DNA of 33,841 nucleotides from Paraglomus brasilianum (Eukaryota): NCBI GenBank assembly GCA_910592345.1, contig CAJVPI010000351.1, positions 1 to 33,841 of the forward strand, read 5' to 3'. Shown piece by piece: positions 1 to 7,917 of this stretch (position 1 is its first letter; each line of letters starts with the position of its first letter). The notes under the pieces were generated by a model. It saw only the letters and a program-made list of their open reading frames with translations, ran no database searches and was not told where the DNA came from. The position numbers and the translations under genes were made by a program.

Positions 1-288
1 GACGATATTGCCAAATTTCGTCTAACATATTGACCGAGAGCTTTCGAACATTCTGGTGTAATCTTTTTGGGACGACCGGAGCGCTTTTTGTGGGCCGTAC
101 TCCCGACTTTTCAAGATTATAATAAATAGTTGATCTCGGGATACCTGTTCGACGTTGAATTTCAGCAGCATCTTTAATTCTCTGATTCCACAAATGTTGA
201 ATGGATTGGGCTTGTGCAATTTGGTAATAAATGAGGCAAATATGGTTATAACAGTGGTACAGCGCTTTAACTTAATTTGGCTGGGCTG
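1..288 (-). mobile_element. 5' end of a decayed Tc1/mariner-superfamily transposon (N-terminal HTH plus GRPK motif), continuing off the window edge
   Basis: The minus strand reads AQSIQHLWNQRIKDAAEIQRRTGIPRSTIYYNLEK, then after a frameshift GSTAHKKRSGRPKKITPECSKALGQYVRRN. This matches the Tc1-type paired-like HTH followed by the GRPR/K hook. A possible terminus TA|CAGCCCAGCCAAATT lies at 288, with TA at 289-290. Confidence 0.7.
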
Positions 289-374
289 TATGACTTTTAA
301 TTTTGTCGCTGATTGTCCAAAGACTTTTGTATAAAACTAATCAAGAAAGAAATGAAAAGGCTCAAAACTCTCAA

Positions 375-431
375 ACAAGTGTCACAAGTTCTGTCACAAG
401 TACCTGCAAACGACTTGTGACACTTGTGACA
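375..431. repeat. Four-copy TGTCACAAG array (two direct, two inverted) containing a perfect 15-bp inverted repeat
   Basis: ACAAGTGTCACAAGT (375-389) is the exact reverse complement of ACTTGTGACACTTGT (413-427). TGTCACAAG occurs at 380-388 and 392-400, and CTTGTGACA at 414-422 and 423-431. Confidence 0.8.
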
Positions 432-930
432 AAAATTTCGGCATACTTAATGCGATACATATAGTCTCTGCAAATCGTATATGCTAACATAACTTGATTC
501 TATACGCGTTCTGGCAGGCTATGTACGCATGTAGCCATAGTCGTTATGCAACCCGGTTAAGTTTATCCTCACATAGCTGATCTTCAACGTGATAAACTAT
601 TGAATATGGCTACATTCGATTAACGATCCCCTGTCTATTCGTGGTTCGGATAAGTCACTTAAAGTATCGGTTTCGCCTATCCGGGGACCGCTCTTAATTC
701 GAAATATACTGGATTCGGAAACACCACTTTTTCTATCGATATTAATGTCATTCATCAATTCATAGAACCGATTATAGAAGATTGCATAACTACTATGTAT
801 ATCGCAGTGTACATCATTTAATTTATCAATGAGCATTTACAAAGGAATTTCGATCCGACTATGCGTTTGAGTGTCATGGATCATATGCTATGAGTTAATA
901 ATCATGTGTTTTGTTTCCCATGGATTTCGA

Positions 931-937
931 TATAAAA
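931..937 (+). promoter_or_regulatory. TATA box of the small secreted peptide gene
   Basis: TATAAAA lies 63 nt upstream of the ATG at 994. Confidence 0.55.
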
Positions 938-993
938 AAACCACTTGCACAAGTCAATTCTGCAAGAAATCTACACTACAAGTATCCTGAACA

Positions 994-1300
994 ATGAATT
1001 TCAAACAAATTATCATCTTGTTGGAGCTCCTCAGTCTTTTCCTGGTTTGTGTATATTTGTCGCTTGCTAAGGCTACATTATTCATTTAAGTAACAAAATC
1101 TAATCATTAAATAGGTTTTTACTTCTCTCCCAACGGAGGCTATTCCTTCTGATCTTGAGCTTGATGGCTTCTCCGAAAAAGTTACTGTTCGTACCCTTCA
1201 CAGTCGTGGTTGCCCTTGTAAAGACTGTTATATCCCAATTGTTGGGGCTGAATGTTGTGCTAGGAAGAAGTGCAAACACGCATGCCCTGGTTGTGGATAA
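994..1300 (+). CDS. Small secreted cysteine-rich pre-pro-peptide, 78 aa; join(994..1044,1115..1300)
   Basis: A 70-nt GT-AG intron (donor GTTTGT at 1045, CTAAT branch at 1100-1104, TAG at 1112-1114) gives MNFKQIIILLELLSLFLVFTSLPTEA-IPSDLELDGFSEKVTVRTLHSR-GCPCKDCYIPIVGAECCARKKCKHACPGCG*. This is a hydrophobic signal peptide, a spacer ending in Arg and a 30-aa domain with 8 Cys. An upstream TATA box and an AT-rich 3' region support a real gene. Confidence 0.8.
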
Positions 1301-3788
1301 AAATATTTAGACTACAATATGTCAAAATGGTCTAAAAGCTGGTCCAATGACAACTCTGCTTATGCTGTTAATTGTGCCTATCCTTTATTTTTTCTTCGTT
1401 ATTAGTATTATTATTATTTTTATTTTTTATTTCTTATATTTATTATTTTATCTGTAATTGTCTCTTATTTAATAATACGTTTAATAATTTCTTTATAATG
1501 ATCGATCACTGATGATTGATTGGTGTGATCAATAAAGAATGTTCGAAGCATTCCACTCCTGTAAGCTATAATGCAAAAGCGGATCTTTATCTGTGTATGT
1601 CAAAATTTGATTCCCTCTGAGTGTTCATGATGTTTGAGGTCACCATAACCTGTTCGTGCCTCGAACTGGCATTCAAATATCAATGCCTATATAAAAGAGC
1701 TGGAGACTGCAATCAAAGAAGCATTAAAAGATATAAAACTTATTCGTAAACCTGCAATCAAGAATCCTGTCTCCTAATGATGCATAAATTGCAGGATATA
1801 TCATTACTTTTTTTTCGCCACTTACCTCACTATCGACCTCCAAAAATGATGCATAAATCGCATTCGGCCCGTCAATCTCGTGATGAGGCCAACCAGACAT
1901 TCACGACGGAAATCGGCGACGATCATCAAACCGGCATACGATAAAAATTGGCTACGGTCGTCGTTCGAGTAACGTGCTAAATGCGATCTGCAAGTCAAGC
2001 TTCAGCGAGCCAAACGTGATCTACACGTCATCCGAATGGTATATTATAAATACCTCATCTATGACGAGGCAAACGCGAATTATTGCTCGTCATTCCTGAG
2101 TATATTATAGTATAAATTAAGTAGTTAATAGTTTCCTGGAAACTATTAACTACTAAGATCGCTTTATAACGAAGTTCTTTCCAGAACGAATTCATATATT
2201 TCATATAAAAAGACAGTTCACTTAAACAAACTTTCATGTTAACGAATCAAAATTGTGGAACGAATGTCTTCGTTAAAGTGAATTTCACTGTGTAATTATT
2301 AATCACACAGGCCCACAGTGAAGTGATGGTGAGAAAAACTCATGTTTACGCGGAAAAATTAATTAACTCGCGGTTTATTCACTTTTTTAGACATTGTTTG
2401 CCTGTTAATTTATTACGTTTAGTTTTTGTCTTTTCATGTCTTTTACATTCGAATTTTCTCGATGTTTGCTTGAACTTAAACGATCAAAAAAATTTTCACA
2501 CAACTTTTTTTAAATGAAGAGAAAGTTAAAATTTAATCGATGCATTGGGATGCACCTAACTATTTTCAGTAACACCCATTTCTATAACAAATCTCTATCT
2601 GTTTATTTATAGTGTACAGTATTTATGAATCTGTTATAACCAATTAGTAACCAAATGCTGTTCTAGTAAATCTTGTATAAAATTAGAATTAACAAGAACC
2701 AAACAATTTACTTGCGAATGATTGGACAAGAGAAAATCTTAAATCTTCATTATATCCAGAGTTCACAGATTGACTAAGGAGAAGAAATAAATAAACACTA
2801 ACTTTGGATTTATTAAGAATACAATATTGTTAAACCCCCACCATTACATATTAATATTTGAGTTGTCAAAAATTTGAACCCTGAAAATTTTATTTAGTCA
2901 AAATATGACACAAGATTCAACTGAGGTGAGCTAATACTTGTTGCGTCTTAGATGAGTTTTTGGTGCTGGCATTTATCCTATATTCAATAACACGGCTTTG
3001 GTATACTTAACCTTTATAGGTATAGGAGAAACTTATTGGATTGTGTGTTTGCCAAATAAACATTATCAATCTCAAATCTATCCAGTATATGTGTTTAAAG
3101 CATCAACAATGCTTAACTCGATTTGTATTACTTAATTTCTTGATTAATTTCAGTTTCTCTTCTTCTTAACTTTGGTAAACCATTTTCTAAAATTAACTGT
3201 TTTGATTTCCCAATAATAATAACAAGTTTTTCGATTAATGAATTAATCTTCCATGGAAAGTTACTTTGCCTATAATAGCCAAATTTTTCCAAAATTTCAG
3301 AAGGTTTAACTTTATACATTTGTACTTAAAAATTTAATTCACTCATTTCCATAGAGACTTTCACATAATGTACCCATCACAGCAAATGTAATTATCTGTA
3401 GCTTTTAAAACCCTAATACTAGGGCTTTTGTATCAGAGAGTATAGAGAAAATTAACCCATAAGAATGTTAGAACAGACAATGCAGAACAAAAGTTACAGT
3501 TTAAATAAAAAGGTTTGTGTTTGAAAAGTAACAGCTTTCTTAAGAAAATCAGAAATTTTGAATACATGTAGCTCGTCGACTTTATCTTATCAAAGTTGAC
3601 TATGTATGTTGTTCTTTATTTCTCTATTAGCCACAGAATTGCTGCTATTACTATTGACTCCTCACAAGTGGCCGCTTGATCAATGGTTCTGCATTGTATA
3701 GTGCATATTAATGTAGAGCAATTTTTCCTCCTTAAACTTTATTTTAAAAATACTTCTAATTTTGCGGATTTCAAGTAATCAATTTATA

Positions 3789-3970
3789 CAGTCAACTCTG
3801 TTATACCGGAAATGTATATACCGGAATCTCACGGACAGATTCTTGCGCACCGTTCGTTTCATATGAAAATTCTTTGTTTATACCGGAGTCTCTTATAAAC
3901 TTTCCATATACCGGATCCGGAAGGACACAGAGAGCTATGCCAACCCGTTCGGTATAAACAGAGTTGACTG
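3789..3970. mobile_element. MITE (182 bp), Tc1/mariner-pogo type, with TA target-site duplication
   Basis: The left TIR is CAGTCAACTCTGTTATACCGGA and the right TIR (reverse complement) is CAGTCAACTCTGTTTATACCGAA. TA flanks both ends (3787-88 and 3971-72). TATACCGGA occurs four times in the element. Confidence 0.85.
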
Positions 3971-4497
3971 TATTTGTATATTTTATATAGAGTCTATATA
4001 AAATACATTATCATTATGATGGTAATTTAAGTAAAAGGTTTATTATTATCTCACCCAAGTTTACATTTTGACATTATATTTAAAATTTGGTCATAAATTG
4101 ACAGCTGTGCCACTAAATCAAAGCTTTCTTAAATATTATCAGTCATATTATAATTAGCTAATGTTCACTGCCCCATATGATACAAAAGCAATACTAAATT
4201 AATCAACAGCAAGGACAGCATTAGCATTCACAGTTTTTGCTGTACGAGCAATCTGTGCATCTTCAAGCTTCAAACTACCAGCGAATAAAGATTTAAGCAT
4301 AAATTTCATGTGAAACATATTCTCAGATCTATAACGAATAATGGGTAGATACAGTCTTACCTCGTTTATTGGGACGGAGCTTTTTCGGGGATATTTTTCG
4401 AGGTGGGATACAACTGGCAATTTTATTGGTTAATAAATTCTGTTAATAAAGTTGGCGTTTTGACTTTTCTAGTGAATCGTCTGAGCGTCTAATTGTA

Positions 4498-4679
4498 CAA
4501 AGTGAACCCCGTTATAACGAAGATTAGTAGAAAATTTGGTTTAAACGAGGTTTACATAGTAATAATAGTAAATTCAGTTTAAACGGGGTAAAACCACTAT
4601 TACTGGTTTTTGACCCTATCTTCGGTATAACGGGGGTATCACTTAGTGCTTCATTATAACAGGGTTCGATTTGATTTTG
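4498..4679. mobile_element. Decayed pogo/Tigger-like MITE
   Basis: The left end TA|CAAAGTGAACCCCGTTATAACGAAG matches the right arm CTTCATTATAACAGGGTTC (rc GAACCCTGTTATAATGAAG), which ends ...TTTTG|TA. TAAACG/TAACG motifs repeat inside. Confidence 0.6.
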
Positions 4680-4707
4680 TACTACTATATATCTTATATC
4701 ACTATGT

Positions 4708-5466
4708 GCGCTTGATATTTGTGGCCTGATTTATGTGGCCTGATTTGCGCTTGATTTGCGGCCTGAATTTATTAAAGTGGCGTGATATTCAATTGGTAAG
4801 CCTGGTGGCACATATTATATAAATAGAAATGGCATGATATTTTGTGTCACAGCACGGGAAATCGGGTCCATAGAATTTGGAATACAAATGAGGTAGATAT
4901 TCAATAAGGGAAGAAATATGACAAGTTTTTCGAAACATTTTATAGGCACGAGAAACAGCACCGAGATGTATAATTTCCCTGAATATATCCTTCGGTTTTG
5001 CCAAATCCCCGTCAATTCAAATAATATGAAGAAAAATTGCTATTTACTCTTTTGCGCCGGTTAATTAATTTGTCAAACATTTAATCCCGTAATTGATTCA
5101 TTGAGAGAATTGAATTCCAAGAAATTTCTGGCATTGTATTGCAAATCGAGATATAGTCAAACTTTGCGAGCAATTACTGCGTCAATGTCAGTATCTGGTG
5201 CGCCTCCATTTAGATGTTAAATTGTTTCGTTTTAGCAAAAGCTCTTGGAGTAGAAGTGTCGTTGGGATGCAGTGAATGGAATTAAAGAATACGTCTAGTC
5301 TCTCTAAATGCGCTCTCTCCCTTATTTGTATTCCCAGTAGTGCTAAATGCGCACACCGTGCAAGTGACATTAGTTACCAAAAATTACCAAACTTGGTACG
5401 AATTGTAACCAGACCTTGATTGTATTCTTAGCATCAGGCCATAAAGTCAGGCCACAAAGTCAGCGC
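4708..5466. repeat. ~760-bp segment bounded by imperfect inverted arms made of GTGGCCTGAT subrepeats; probable non-autonomous DNA transposon
   Basis: 4708-4744 reads GCGCTTGATATTTGTGGCCTGATTTATGTGGCCTGAT. 5433-5466 reads ATCAGGCCATAAAGTCAGGCCACAAAGTCAGCGC, a near reverse complement. Confidence 0.55.
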
Positions 5467-5586
5467 GATGCGACAAAGTATTTCAAATAACATTCACATT
5501 ATTAATAGTTGCATAAATTTATAATAATAATATTCCATAAATGCATGATCTCTATATATACTCTCTAATGCACGCCCTCAACTTCT

Positions 5587-6280
5587 CAGTCCTCCTTACA
5601 GTCACCGTCTAAACATTTCCTTAATAAAATCCTCCCATACAGTCACAATTCGTTATAGTCACTATCACCGTTTTGTGGAGAACGAGTAATTATGCAAGTT
5701 CCCTCTATATAGTCACCACAATAACACCGAAAAGTGCCACAAGACGGCAAAAATAGGAAGATTTATTGCCGTTGCACTATTTTTGGAAGCGCTATTACAC
5801 ATTTATAACTGCTGGCAAAAAGTTGGAATTCTCTCTGGAATGCAACCAAGCGATGTTATCGAAGTATGAAGAGAGAGAACAGACAGAAAGTGGGAAATGC
5901 TGGGTTAGATGAGATATATAGTATTCACGTGAATCAACGAACCAATCCCGACTGAAAGCGATTTTACAGATGAACACCTTTGTTACATCAGAAGCAATTG
6001 AGTCAGTTGACAGTCAAAATGATAGTCCGGTGATTTCATTAAAATGTTTATTACTTTCTATGAGCAAAAAGATAACAGAGACTTCGATGTTGGGGATTTA
6101 AGAACGTTTCGAAACACAAAAATAGGTTGCAAATCGATGATAAGGTACGTATAATCACTTGGCAACTTTATTTATTTATCTATATTGTGACTAGAAAATT
6201 TATAGTCACCATCATAGTCAAAATTTATAGTCACCACCCTGAATGACCAGTCCCAACGTGGTGACTATATGGGGGGACTG
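5587..6280 (+). mobile_element. Internally deleted pogo/Tigger-family (DDE_1) transposon
   Basis: The right TIR (rc) is CAGTCCCCCCATATAGTCACC followed by TA at 6281-82. A degenerate left TIR CAGTCCTCCTTACAGTCACC starts at 5587. TATAGTCAC subterminal repeats cluster at both ends. The internal frame IYNCWQKVGIL (5801-5833) matches the I-x-N-C-W-x-K-x-G-I-L motif that follows the DDE_1 domain in pogo/Tigger transposases. Confidence 0.7.
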
Positions 6281-6860
6281 TATATGAATCCCAATCGATA
6301 TTATATTAATATTAATATTACATGATAGGAAATCAAGACTGCGTAATTTAAACTATGTAACAGAGATGCGACAAATATATGGAGATGGCTTGGCCATTAA
6401 TATAATAAACCTAATTGAACGATATGGAATTTCACAAAGTTTCGTGTCACACAATTAATATTAATATATCGAATGAATACTAATACAGCATTTCTTGGTG
6501 GAAAATAGCCTCTTGATAAGTTTGTCACATATTACTTAGCAAACGTTTTTTCCCACATATTGCATGATAATTAATTATCAATCAAAGTCGTAATGTCAAA
6601 TAAAGAATGGAGTTAAAGGAAATCAATTTCCTAGAGAAATGTTAGTATCCAAGGGGCAAATGGTCATAACATAGTACGACTTTTAGCATTACAAATATCT
6701 GTGCTGCCATCAAGCCGAAGATTGGCCGTCTCAGGAAGTAGTCAAGACTATCTATAAAGCTTCATCGGAAACATATGCTTTAGACGCCGCCGTCCATGAT
6801 GCTGATCTCTTTGATGTTCAGGAGTGATGCATGTTTCAGGAAGTGACGACAGGTAGATCG

Positions 6861-6890
6861 ACTACCGCAAACACTACCGCAAACACTGCC
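6861..6890. repeat. Short tandem repeat, (ACTACCGCAAAC) x ~2.5
   Basis: ACTACCGCAAAC-ACTACCGCAAAC-ACTGCC is read directly from the sequence. Confidence 0.75.
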
Positions 6891-7917
6891 CATCAAACTC
6901 TCGCAAACCCAAATTTCTAATCCATCGTCCATCTCATTGATAGTCAAAAAAGTTGGACATTCATCTTTGAGCGATGATGAGCGGGCCGGGCCATTCCAAG
7001 ACCAAACGCAAGTGTGTCTTCTAGAAAATGGCACCCACCTTTTCGGAGTAGCTATGCAATAAGCAACAACTTAATTGTCCAGCCTGTATAGTTTCTTCCT
7101 GGAGGTCTTCTTTTCTTCTTTATGAATTAGACTGCGACATAATTCGCTGCTGCCTGTGTATTATAGTGTATTATATATACCTTATATTCTCCTTACTTCG
7201 CCGGTCCACCTCAAAATCTTATTTATCAACGTTACAGGCATCCGTAAATATGCAGCGACCAAGCAGGAAGATAGACTAGCATATAAAGCCCGGCAATAGT
7301 TCCTTGGAAACCGAAGCAATTCCACCTTGGGGCTTTAACCAGAGGTGAGTTCTCCATAAAATCCCAGCTTGTAGGATAACAGTTGCAACATTCTAACAAA
7401 AGACAAGTAAGCAATTAGGGGGCTTTTGAGGGGAAAGTTTTGTAGCGACATCTCTCGTACTTCCAAGACGGTTTTAGTTTTAGTTACCTTCTCGACATAT
7501 AGTTTCGATACAATTTTAAAGAATGACTTTTGTCAAAGGTTACTGTTGTGCTCCGTGTAATTGTGTTTTTCATTGGTGCTATGTTATAGGTTAGGGTGAA
7601 TTATACGCAGTCTATTAATAGTCAATCTAAACTTATTGTCTTTTATTTATACTATACATTTTGTGAAACTAACACACCAATGTAATATTCAAGTTTTTAT
7701 GAATGGTACAGTATATGGTAGTAAACATAATATTAACTCCCATATTTGTACCGTGCGACACACAGCAAAAATCAATATGAATCACCCCCCCACATTCCGT
7801 TTTTCCAACTCTTCTCACCCACTCTATATGTTAGTGGTTTTTCACATTTAATGTTTCAACATTCATTTCAACGGTAATACTTCCCTCCTTATACCCCCTC
7901 ATAACCCCATTCATCAA

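Noticed and set aside
2560..3319. AT-rich minus-strand region with a 63-aa ORF and broken frames
   Set aside because: It may be a decayed gene or TE, but I could not assign any motif.
6700..7414. GC-richer patch with short ORFs upstream of the Kelch gene
   Set aside because: I found no consistent exon model or recognisable domain. Only the 12-bp tandem repeat is supported.
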